A stretch of 64,000 bases of DNA from IMG/VR virus record IMGVR_UViG_3300042557_000330, positions 1-64,000 of that record, one strand, 5' to 3'. Below, in pieces: positions 56,070 through 64,000 of this stretch. How positions within the stretch are numbered: position 1 is the stretch's first letter; each line of letters starts with the position of its first letter. The notes below the pieces were generated by a model that saw nothing but the letters and a program-made list of their open reading frames with translations, did no database searches and was not told the origin of the DNA. The translations under genes were made by a program, and so were the position numbers. This DNA comes from a virus.

Positions 56070-57638
56070 TTAAGCAGGCGCAAGTGTAGTGGTTGTTGTT
56101 GTAGTAGAACTACTTGTACTAGTTGTAGTAGTTGTTGGTGTAACTGTTGTTGTGGTGGTAGTAGTTGGAACACATTCACCATCAACAAGACATTCAGTTT
56201 CCAAATTAACAATTTCACTCTGTACACTAGTTACCACTTCATTATCTTTTACATACTGTAATATAATTGTAGGAATCAAATCCCCTTTTAAACAATATGA
56301 ATAAGTTCCTGCAACTGAATAATAAGCATCAGTATCTCCATCTTCACAAGTAATATTTTTATCTGGATATAAGTTAACTTTACCATTAAAGAATGTTACA
56401 GTGTTTCCTGTAGCATCATCAATATCATCTTGACTAATAATTATATTCACACAGCTACAACCTAATGTAGTAGTAGTTGTTGTTGTCGGTGCTATTGTAG
56501 TTGTAGTAGTAGTTGTTGGTGTAAGATCGCAACAAGGACTATCTGTTGTAATTTCAATATAGAAAGCTTGTTCTATACCATCAACTTCTCCTAATGCAGT
56601 TATTCCTACAGATTGATCTACACAACCTAATGAATAAATACCTGGTCTATTGTATGTATTAATATATGGATTAGTAAAGCAATCATCGTACAGCACTGTA
56701 AGTTCATTATTATCTGTAGCAGCTAATGTTTCTGATAATATAGTGATCTCTGTATCAAAACAGTTACATAGAGCAGTAGTAGTGGTAGTAGTTGTAGGAA
56801 CTGGACATTCTCCATCTATACAATTTGCACCAATCGAAATAGTTACAAGGTCATCACTAGCAAATCCACAACATCCACAAACTTGTATAGTTTCATTAGG
56901 TTCTATAACTATAGGTCCATTAATATTATCATCACAATCAGTATAAGAGATAGTATGAACACTATCACCATCATTATAGAATGTTAAACATTCACAAGGA
57001 ATTGCTTCTGTTGTTGTAGTGGTAGTAGTGCTTGGAGGGGTAAGTGTAGTGGTAGTTGTAGTTGTTGGACCACAAGGACCATTTGGTGTTGCTATAACAG
57101 TTCCAGGAACAGTTAAAGGGCTATCTGTTTCAACACAAATATCTGTAACTCCTGGTTCTAATACTACAGCAGTTAATTCTCCTGTAGTACAATCAGTAAT
57201 AATTATAGCAACAGTTTCAGTTCCAGTGTTATCTAATGAGAAGCTTTCACAAGGAACTGCAGTAGTAGATGTAGTAGTAGTAGTCGCACCACAACATTCA
57301 TCTAATATGTTATATATATTGATTATATCACTATTGATGGCAATCACTTGATTAGTAATGTTAGTAACTTGATTAGTTAAATAGTTTACTTGTGTTAGTA
57401 AATTACAAATAATCTCATCTATCTTTTGTAAAATTACATTCAATGTATCACATGGTTCAGCCACTATACACGGAAGTGTAGGACCATCATAAACAATAGT
57501 ACTAGATGCAGTTAAATGCGTACTACATGGATTATTGTTATTACAACCACTATTAGTAATTGTAGAACTACATCCACAAGGTGTATTCAAAACTACATCT
57601 GTACAACAGGGATTTACTGGTAAATATGGATATGCCAT
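56070..57638 (-). CDS. Fibre-like protein: YxG anchor, coiled coil, four Cys-bounded modules separated by poly-Thr linkers
   Basis: Seen in the translation. Confidence 0.75.
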   Translation of the reverse strand: MAYPYLPVNPCCTDVVLNTPCGCSSTITNSGCNNNNPCSTHLTASSTIVYDGPTLPCIVAEPCDTLNVILQKIDEIICNLLTQVNYLTNQVTNITNQVIAINSDIINIYNILDECCGATTTTTSTTAVPCESFSLDNTGTETVAIIITDCTTGELTAVVLEPGVTDICVETDSPLTVPGTVIATPNGPCGPTTTTTTTLTPPSTTTTTTTEAIPCECLTFYNDGDSVHTISYTDCDDNINGPIVIEPNETIQVCGCCGFASDDLVTISIGANCIDGECPVPTTTTTTTALCNCFDTEITILSETLAATDNNELTVLYDDCFTNPYINTYNRPGIYSLGCVDQSVGITALGEVDGIEQAFYIEITTDSPCCDLTPTTTTTTTIAPTTTTTTTLGCSCVNIIISQDDIDDATGNTVTFFNGKVNLYPDKNITCEDGDTDAYYSVAGTYSYCLKGDLIPTIILQYVKDNEVVTSVQSEIVNLETECLVDGECVPTTTTTTTVTPTTTTTSTSSSTTTTTTTLAPA

Positions 57639-57650
57639 TTTGATAATTTA

Positions 57651-58781
57651 TTAAGGTATATAAATGATATAATAACATCCTCTAGAAGGTTGTATATTCG
57701 CATGACCTAATCCTCCTCCTGTTGAAGAATTTGATACAGCAACGCCTACACCTATAGTAACATCGTTTGTTTTACCAAGGTTTGCAATTGTATCTGATGC
57801 AGATCTTAAGGAATACCCTAAGTTTCCTCCAGAAGAATATCCTGAATCAATTGGATCATCTACATTTAAAGGAACAGATGTTCCCTCAGACACAGTTAAA
57901 TGTGAATGAGTTGCTGGAGTGACAGTTGCTACTGCTGTAGCAATATGTGTATGCGCAGGTATTTGAGTTGATGACAAAAATACTTCATTAGCTCCAACTT
58001 CAGTTGTTATTATATAATTAGGATTTGCAGGATTTGCAGGATCAACTTCTGGATCTAATGCTCCTCCAAACATTCCAGTAGTGGTACCAACTAATGTTCT
58101 TCCTCTTAAATCTGGAGTTCCATTTTGACCATTACATAAATAGATCTTAACCCAGTCTCCTGTACCAGCTCCTGTACCATTAAAATAACTCAATGGTCCA
58201 AAATAAGGAACTGCTGTATAAGGAACCATCTTATTACTAACTAATGTAGAAGAACTTATACTATTTAAATAAGCTTGAATATAAGAATTTATATTTGCAA
58301 TACTTACATAGTTTGTAGAAACATTTAAAGCTAATGCTGTTAAATCAACTTGTACTTGACATAGTTTATTTATAACAGCTTGTACAATAGCATGTGTATC
58401 TGATGAAGCTGTAACACCTGTTAAACATCCAATTGAGTAATCAGCATTCAATATAGCAAGATCTGCATCAATAGCATCTATTTGTTCTTGAAGATCACAA
58501 GCAGCTTCTATAAGAGCTTTTGATATATCTACAATAGAAAGATCTCCACATGTAGGAAGATATTGTTGCACAAGGTTACATACAACTGTAGTACCAAGAT
58601 CAATCTTAATTCCTGTACCATCTAATGTAGATGTAAGGAATGTAATCAATGCTTGTTCTACAAATGATAATGAATCACCTGTTTGGATTCCTAGGACAGG
58701 AACATCTATTCCTGTATATTTAACACATCTGTCAGAGACAATCTCTGTACATCCGTTATAACAATTTGAGCAATTGGACAT
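57651..58781 (-). CDS. Tail-collar-domain fibre protein
   Basis: LCNGQNGTPDLRGR..VG, L...QIPAHTH and GGG.GH.NIQP...YII motifs. Confidence 0.82.
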   Translation of the reverse strand: MSNCSNCYNGCTEIVSDRCVKYTGIDVPVLGIQTGDSLSFVEQALITFLTSTLDGTGIKIDLGTTVVCNLVQQYLPTCGDLSIVDISKALIEAACDLQEQIDAIDADLAILNADYSIGCLTGVTASSDTHAIVQAVINKLCQVQVDLTALALNVSTNYVSIANINSYIQAYLNSISSSTLVSNKMVPYTAVPYFGPLSYFNGTGAGTGDWVKIYLCNGQNGTPDLRGRTLVGTTTGMFGGALDPEVDPANPANPNYIITTEVGANEVFLSSTQIPAHTHIATAVATVTPATHSHLTVSEGTSVPLNVDDPIDSGYSSGGNLGYSLRSASDTIANLGKTNDVTIGVGVAVSNSSTGGGLGHANIQPSRGCYYIIYIP

Positions 58782-58801
58782 ATTATTAATTTTTAAAAGG
58801 T

Positions 58802-59167
58802 TTAAGCTATTGTTGATGTGGTTGTTGTTGTAGGATTTGATACAATCTTAATGTCACAAGGCTCCTCTAAGCAACGTTCTAATTCATTACATTTACTTAC
58901 ACATCCCAATGTCAAACGAATCACTCTACTAGCAATCATTTGAACAGAGTATTTTTCTACATAACTAGGATTGCAATACTTATACATAAGTATTCTTCTA
59001 TATCCTATCAGCTGAAGTATGTCACTAGAAGGCACAGGTTTGTTCAACATATATGAAATATTGTTGTACAAATTATTGCCAAGCTCTGCTAACTTGCAAT
59101 CTATTTTTTTAAGTAAAGAAGGAATGTTAGCACATTCTGGGCAATTTGTTAGTCTTGGTGATAACAT
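58802..59167 (-). CDS. Cys-rich structural protein with Thr tail (possible fibre hub)
   Basis: CPEC motif, helical core, PTTTTTST tail. Confidence 0.6.
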   Translation of the reverse strand: MLSPRLTNCPECANIPSLLKKIDCKLAELGNNLYNNISYMLNKPVPSSDILQLIGYRRILMYKYCNPSYVEKYSVQMIASRVIRLTLGCVSKCNELERCLEEPCDIKIVSNPTTTTTSTIA

Positions 59168-59179
59168 AATCAGAGTTTT

Positions 59180-59275
59180 TTATTTTTCAACTTTGGATGC
59201 GCAGTGTGCACATAACCCATTGGTTAATTGACATCCACATCCCACTTTAGCTCCGCATGAATTACATTGTGCCAT
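59180..59275 (-). CDS. 31-aa Cys-rich peptide (MAQCNSCGAKVGCGCQLTNGLCAHCASKVEK)
   Basis: Manual translation; starts 2 nt after the upstream stop in AATTATG context; CxxC-CxC-CxxC. Confidence 0.75.
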   Translation of the reverse strand: MAQCNSCGAKVGCGCQLTNGLCAHCASKVEK

Positions 59276-59277
59276 AA

Positions 59278-59841
59278 TTAGTAAAAGTTTATTAGGTAGT
59301 TGTTACCTGAACAACCACAATTGGTTTTTAAAAAGTTATCTAACATATTATCTGCCTGAGCATATAATGTATTGGATTCAAATTCTGCGCAGTTATTAGC
59401 TGCTGCAATTGCTCCTTGAATAAAGAAGTTGATTGTGTTTAATGTAACACTAGATTGTGTTTTAAGTGCTCTGTCGCACTCCATCATGTTTAATTGTAAA
59501 AACGCATTGTCAAACTTCTCTTGAAGTCTGTCAACACGTAATATTGTTCTTTCTATATAGTTTGCATATGCAGGAGCAACAGAATATTTGATTCTATAAA
59601 TTCCATCAGGAAGAGGTTGATTACAACCAATATCTGTTATCCCTAAATTAGATGATGTAAATACATTGGTTTCATTAGGAACGAATGGTAATATTTTGGT
59701 TCCAAATCCTGGAATATTAATCTCAATAGATGGTGCGGACACCACTGGAGGATTAGTAGGATATACAGAAGCATCTGTAATACCAAGTGTAAATACACTA
59801 TAAGTAGGAACTACTAATATGTCTAATTGTAAGTTTGCCAT
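59278..59841 (-). CDS. Conserved structural protein (possible tail hub)
   Basis: D.S.Y...P, LPDGIY.I.Y motifs and a C-terminal CGC; follows the auxiliary capsid gene. Confidence 0.6.
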   Translation of the reverse strand: MANLQLDILVVPTYSVFTLGITDASVYPTNPPVVSAPSIEINIPGFGTKILPFVPNETNVFTSSNLGITDIGCNQPLPDGIYRIKYSVAPAYANYIERTILRVDRLQEKFDNAFLQLNMMECDRALKTQSSVTLNTINFFIQGAIAAANNCAEFESNTLYAQADNMLDNFLKTNCGCSGNNYLINFY

Positions 59842-59858
59842 GTTGTTTTTTAAATAAA

Positions 59859-59899
59859 TATGCCAGAGGAATATGAGTTATCCTCTTTCCCCTGGCATA
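59859..59899 (-). terminator. Intergenic hairpin (terminator/attenuator)
   Basis: TATGCCAG...CTGGCATA stem with imperfect inner pairing, followed by a U-rich tract on the minus strand. Confidence 0.55.
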
Positions 59900-59928
59900 G
59901 GTTATTGTTTAAATTTTACTTCTTATTC

Positions 59929-61101
59929 TTAAGGGATAAGTGTAGAAGTAGAAGTAGTTGTAGTTGCAGGAGCACTAGAAGTAGTAGTAGTTGTAGTGAT
60001 ACAAGGAATACCTTGATCTACCACAGTACCTAAACCAGCTTCTAATACAGTAGTAATTGCAGCAGAAATACCACTTGTTGTAGCATTTGGAGCAGCGATA
60101 ATTACTGTAGAGTCTTCCATAATGTAATCACCCCATTGGTACTCAGATTTGTTGTACTCGTTGAATTTGATATAGTAAGTGTCATAAGTAACACCATCAG
60201 ATACCCAAGACTCAAAGTTCTCATTGTATCCATTCATTCTGTAAAGGTGTTTCAAGTAACCTGCTTGGTAGCTGTAGAAGTTTTTCTCTAATTGAGCAAT
60301 TTCTGCAGATGTACCAGTAGCATAAGAAGCACGTTGAGTGATGATTGGTTGAGCAACAAAGTTACAAGCATCTGCTACGATAAAGTCAGCAGTAGTAGCT
60401 GGACCTGCGTATACAAATGTTCTGAAAGACATTCTGTCATATTCAAAAGGGAACGCTGCAATATCACAAGGTTGTCCATATTTAGTTAATGGTTTTCCTG
60501 TAATACGTAAGATGGTTCCACCTACATTTTCAAATGTATAGAATGTAGAGAAAGAAATGTTGTCAGGGTTGTTTCCTGGAGCTTTTAAGTTTAATTGATA
60601 AATCAATTCATTGATGATAGTATTAGTACTTACATCAGCACATGGATTAGCGTCACAATCACAACAAGGTGCTTGTATAGTTACTGAACGTGTAAATCCA
60701 TTGAAATATAATGTATCAATATAAGAAGAGTGAGCACGTAAAGTTAACGTGATAACTTCTCCACATTGTACAGTGAAATCAGTTACATCAGTAATTTGGT
60801 TTGCAGCTGTAGGACATCCTGATACTTTGTACCATTCTGTTACGTTTGAGTTACAACCAGATCCTGAAGGACATCCTTTGATCTTGTCAGATCTTTTAGA
60901 GCCTTGTAAATAAGTGTTTGTTCTACCTTGAGCTACATAAAAGTAAGGAGACGCAGCAATATTTGCAGCATCAGCTATTGAATAATCGCTTCTGAAGAAA
61001 CCAACTTGTCCTGCAGTCAAGTTTTGTGTTGAGCCAGAGCTAGGGAGTGCAGTTTGCCCCACTGGAACCACGAAGAGCGTGGTTAATGAAAAATCAGCCA
61101 T
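59929..61101 (-). CDS. Probable auxiliary capsid/structural protein with C-terminal Thr-rich tail
   Basis: Third gene after the MCP as in crAss-like phages; ends TTTTTTSSAPATTTTSTSTLIP. Confidence 0.65.
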   Translation of the reverse strand: MADFSLTTLFVVPVGQTALPSSGSTQNLTAGQVGFFRSDYSIADAANIAASPYFYVAQGRTNTYLQGSKRSDKIKGCPSGSGCNSNVTEWYKVSGCPTAANQITDVTDFTVQCGEVITLTLRAHSSYIDTLYFNGFTRSVTIQAPCCDCDANPCADVSTNTIINELIYQLNLKAPGNNPDNISFSTFYTFENVGGTILRITGKPLTKYGQPCDIAAFPFEYDRMSFRTFVYAGPATTADFIVADACNFVAQPIITQRASYATGTSAEIAQLEKNFYSYQAGYLKHLYRMNGYNENFESWVSDGVTYDTYYIKFNEYNKSEYQWGDYIMEDSTVIIAAPNATTSGISAAITTVLEAGLGTVVDQGIPCITTTTTTSSAPATTTTSTSTLIP

Positions 61102-61129
61102 TTTTATTTATTTTAAATGTTAATAAAGT

Positions 61130-61861
61130 TTATTCGTTTGTTTGTATTCTGAACTGAGCACTCTGAGCTGCAGAAGCATTTTCAGTATACATTGCTAGAT
61201 TTTGTACTGTAAGATCTAACAGTTCATCTTCTAGATATAATTCAAGTTCACAATTTTGATCAAATGATGGATTCCCATCTAACATTATATATCCTGTTTT
61301 GTTTATATATTGAGGATATCTCATGTACATTATGTAAACTTTTGTTGGGATAAATGTACCATCTGTAAAGTAACTTATCTCATCTGATGACAAAGAGTTG
61401 AATGTTTCTTGATATTCAAAACTTGGTCTATAATGATCATTATTTAATATGAACTGAAGATCACCATGTTTAGCAAGATCTCTATTAATCCAAATCTTTC
61501 TATCTTTACATCTTCCTTTATCTGCCAACAAATATGAATCTATGTAGAACATATATTGTGGAGTAAGATTATGCACATACGTGCACCATTGATTTAATTC
61601 AACATTCTTTAGTGTAAGATCTAAAGGTTGATGATTATAATTCATTATAAGACTTTGTAAGTCTTCATAACGCTTTTTAAATGCATCTTGTCCTAATTGA
61701 CTAATAGTACTAATACCATCGATCTTTTGTTTTATCAACTTAATCTGAGCCTCATTCAAAGCTAAGATTTTGTCTTCTAATTGAATCTGTTGGTGCTCAT
61801 TAGTTGATAGTTTATTTAGTTTCTGATCGATCTTATATAATAAACTATCTACTGGTATCAT
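61130..61861 (-). CDS. Conserved head-tail ring protein
   Basis: LNEAQ..LIK, KRYEDLQ.L, YMRYP, CEL...L.DE..DL.V motifs; second gene after the MCP. Confidence 0.7.
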   Translation of the reverse strand: MIPVDSLLYKIDQKLNKLSTNEHQQIQLEDKILALNEAQIKLIKQKIDGISTISQLGQDAFKKRYEDLQSLIMNYNHQPLDLTLKNVELNQWCTYVHNLTPQYMFYIDSYLLADKGRCKDRKIWINRDLAKHGDLQFILNNDHYRPSFEYQETFNSLSSDEISYFTDGTFIPTKVYIMYMRYPQYINKTGYIMLDGNPSFDQNCELELYLEDELLDLTVQNLAMYTENASAAQSAQFRIQTNE

Positions 61862-61889
61862 ATTCTTTTATATTTTTAAAACTAGCTCC

Positions 61890-62861
61890 TTAAATAGAAG
61901 CTAGTTTTTTAGTTTTTAATTTACCTTCTAATGTTAATAACTCATCTTGGTTATCATCATCAGCAAGGAATTTAATTAAATCTTCCTCATCTTTAGCTAT
62001 TTCATATTCACCTTCATAAACCTTACCGTTAGGTTTGATTCTATATACTGAATGTGCTACAGCTTGTTTTACTAAATCTTTAATATGGAGTAAACTTTCT
62101 TTCATGTCAGCAAATCTATTGAACACTTCAACTGGATTTAATCCTGAATATTTACCATTCTTAAATTCTGTTTGTTTCAATGTGTTATCTACTAAGTTGT
62201 ATACCACTTCTTCTTTTGAATCTTCTGATACTGGAAGACCTAAAAGTCTTGCAACTTTACGTTTCTTCTCAGGAGTCATTGAATCAAACTTAACAATTGC
62301 TTTGTTGATCAATTGTTTTTTCTTGAAGATCACTGCATTCTCTATCTCATCATCTACCACATAAAACTGTGTATCTGCTGGATACTCTCCTCTTTCCCAT
62401 GCTTGGTAAGAAGATGCAATGGTTGGATGTACTCTTAACCATGAAAAGGCTATTTCTTGAAAAGCATTTCCTAAATCAAAATAGTTATCACCATCTAACA
62501 GTTTAACTGCTTGTACGTGAGTTTGATCATCTGGAGATAATGATAATCCATAGTTCCAGAATTTAGAACGAGGACCAAGATCAATATCACCTATTTGTTC
62601 TTCAAGCTTTTTTCTAAGAGCGTTAACTCTTTCAATCTCAAGTTCTTTTTCTGTAGGATCTGCGATTCTTTTGATGTATGTAGCATCTGGATCAAGTCCT
62701 GTTCTGTACTTACCATCTAATTCTTTATAAGGATATTTGAACACACCTGTACCAGGGATTCTTGTCATTCCTTTCTGTGATAATCCACTATCCATTGTTT
62801 GAAGTTGAGCACTATTTGAATAGTCTCTCTTAATAGTAGAAATTTTGCCTGTTTTACCCAT
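61890..62861 (-). CDS. Conserved crAss-like protein encoded immediately after the MCP
   Basis: YRTGLD, SKFW, F YVVD.E.E pattern; position. Confidence 0.65.
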   Translation of the reverse strand: MGKTGKISTIKRDYSNSAQLQTMDSGLSQKGMTRIPGTGVFKYPYKELDGKYRTGLDPDATYIKRIADPTEKELEIERVNALRKKLEEQIGDIDLGPRSKFWNYGLSLSPDDQTHVQAVKLLDGDNYFDLGNAFQEIAFSWLRVHPTIASSYQAWERGEYPADTQFYVVDDEIENAVIFKKKQLINKAIVKFDSMTPEKKRKVARLLGLPVSEDSKEEVVYNLVDNTLKQTEFKNGKYSGLNPVEVFNRFADMKESLLHIKDLVKQAVAHSVYRIKPNGKVYEGEYEIAKDEEDLIKFLADDDNQDELLTLEGKLKTKKLASI

Positions 62862-62897
62862 AATGTAGTTATTTAATAATGTTTGGTTTAATTTAGT

Positions 62898-63003
62898 AGA
62901 GTGGTCCCATCGAAGGAAGCAGCGACCAGTTTACACCAATCCATCACTCTGGTTTGAGAATCATCCCCTCGTAGGAGGGAGAGGAGTTGAGGGGATTCTT
63001 CTC
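62898..63003 (-). promoter_or_regulatory. Two GC-rich hairpins downstream of the MCP stop
   Basis: ATCCCCTC/GAGGGGAT (62963-62996, extended by GAGAA/TTCTC) and AGAGTG/CACTCT (62898-62950). Confidence 0.55.
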
Positions 63004-63015
63004 GGAATTTTATTA

Positions 63016-64000
63016 TTAGAATTGTGGCATTTCCTCAATCAACACAGTTCTAGAAAGATCTTCGATAAATACATCACATCTATCTTTCATCCAGATTTCG
63101 TATCCTGGGAATTTATTAGCAGAACTCATACCTTGAGATTTAGCAAAACCTAAGTGGTGACGAGTACCATCAATATAACCCCAAGTCATAGAAGGTGCAC
63201 CCTTCATACGTACTTCACGGATGTTGTTTACCATTGAACCATCAGACATTGGAGAAACATCAAACACCATAAATACTGGAGTAGATTTTTTGTTTTGTCC
63301 AAACTCTAAGTTAGATTGTGGTAAATCTAATTCTTTTAAGTGGATTAATTCAACACGTCCAGTCTCACGAGTTACCATTGCATCAAATGCAAAGTTGTAA
63401 GTGATGTGTTGTCCTTCACCTTGCATATATCTGTTTCCAGAATCAGCCATGAAAGTTAATCCAGAGTTTAATGCATCATTTTTAAGAGCTTGTTGGAATA
63501 CATCGAATCCAGCTTCATTAGTATACATTTTAACACTTCTATCTTTAACGTCCACACGTCTGTAGAATAAATCTCCAAATACAGAACGGATTAAGTTAGC
63601 AGAGAACTCACCTCTGTTGTATTGTACTAAGTTTCCATTGTTACGCATTCTGTGGTATACACCAGCAGATGTTCTTTTCAATTCTTGTTTAGAACCGTTA
63701 GTTTTAACTGTACCTGGTTTAGCCCAGATCATACGTTTAACTTTTAATTCTAACATAGATTTACGCATCCAGAATTCGATGAACGGTTCCCATTTAACAT
63801 CATTACGAGTTAAAGGTAATTGGTTACGTCTTTGAGGAGCATAAACTAAAATGTCTAATGGTTTACCAGAAGCATCTCTCATCATTTTGTCATCAGCCCA
63901 TTCAGTAATTTTGTGCTCATATCCATATGCAGAACCTAAAGATTCGAACATAGTGATTTGCTCACCTAATCTTGGAAGACCTAATAAGTCTTGATCAAAT
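63016..64000 (-). CDS. Major capsid protein, 3' part (5' end outside the window)
   Basis: Frame is open to the window edge (FDQDLLGLPRLGEQITMFES...); C-terminal sequence and downstream gene order fit a crAss-like MCP. Confidence 0.85.
   Translation of the reverse strand, partial: FDQDLLGLPRLGEQITMFESLGSAYGYEHKITEWADDKMMRDASGKPLDILVYAPQRRNQLPLTRNDVKWEPFIEFWMRKSMLELKVKRMIWAKPGTVKTNGSKQELKRTSAGVYHRMRNNGNLVQYNRGEFSANLIRSVFGDLFYRRVDVKDRSVKMYTNEAGFDVFQQALKNDALNSGLTFMADSGNRYMQGEGQHITYNFAFDAMVTRETGRVELIHLKELDLPQSNLEFGQNKKSTPVFMVFDVSPMSDGSMVNNIREVRMKGAPSMTWGYIDGTRHHLGFAKSQGMSSANKFPGYEIWMKDRCDVFIEDLSRTVLIEEMPQF

Larger units (their letters stand above)
1..64000. mobile_element. crAss-like bacteriophage (Crassvirales) genome segment: late/structural, virion RNAP, glycosylation and lysis modules
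   Basis: Gene order MCP - conserved head/neck genes - IHF-like - tail tube - tail stabiliser - giant cargo proteins with the GSDFDIDKL RNAP motif is the crAss-like layout. No host housekeeping genes or integrase in the window. Confidence 0.93.

Noticed and set aside
17953-63835. Many short plus-strand ORFs (60-150 aa) opposite the large genes
   Set aside because: Ser/Leu/Phe-rich antisense shadows of AT-rich coding sequence, with no motifs.
1-64000. Stop-codon reassignment as in some gut crAss-like phages
   Set aside because: Very long ORFs and dense coding are obtained with the standard code; no fragmented genes needing TAG/TGA read-through, and no tRNA recognised.

Overview
This is a 64 kb segment of an AT-rich crAss-like (Crassvirales) phage genome. 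The host is most likely a Bacteroidota member: TAnnTTTG promoter boxes sit in the intergenic gaps and no Shine-Dalgarno sequences are evident. Almost all genes lie on the minus strand and read in the standard genetic code. In transcription order (right to left) the window holds: the 3' part of the major capsid protein and the conserved crAss head/neck genes; Cys/Thr-rich fibre and decoration proteins; a metallophosphoesterase; ring, IHF-like and tail-tube genes; a split tail-stabilisation (muzzle) gene; five large putative ejected cargo proteins, including a 4580-aa virion RNA polymerase polyprotein (DFDID motif, two HExxH zincins, C-terminal ASCH-like and NADAR domains); a 2286-aa Ser/Thr collagen-like and beta-helix fibre; a sulfation/glycosylation cassette; and an elaborate lysis cassette. 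The sulfation/glycosylation cassette encodes a sulfotransferase, APS kinase, an HxGH nucleotidyltransferase, DUF2061, a GT9 and a four-domain methyltransferase-GT-GT4-TibC/AAH-like protein O-glycosyltransferase. The best candidate for an undescribed system is phage-encoded O-glycosylation plus sulfation of its own Ser/Thr-rich virion proteins, giving a mucin-like, sulfated coat. Two further candidates are a chemoreceptor-type sensor inside the lysis cassette and a NADAR domain carried on the injected RNA polymerase. All family assignments come from motif recognition by eye; no database search was run.
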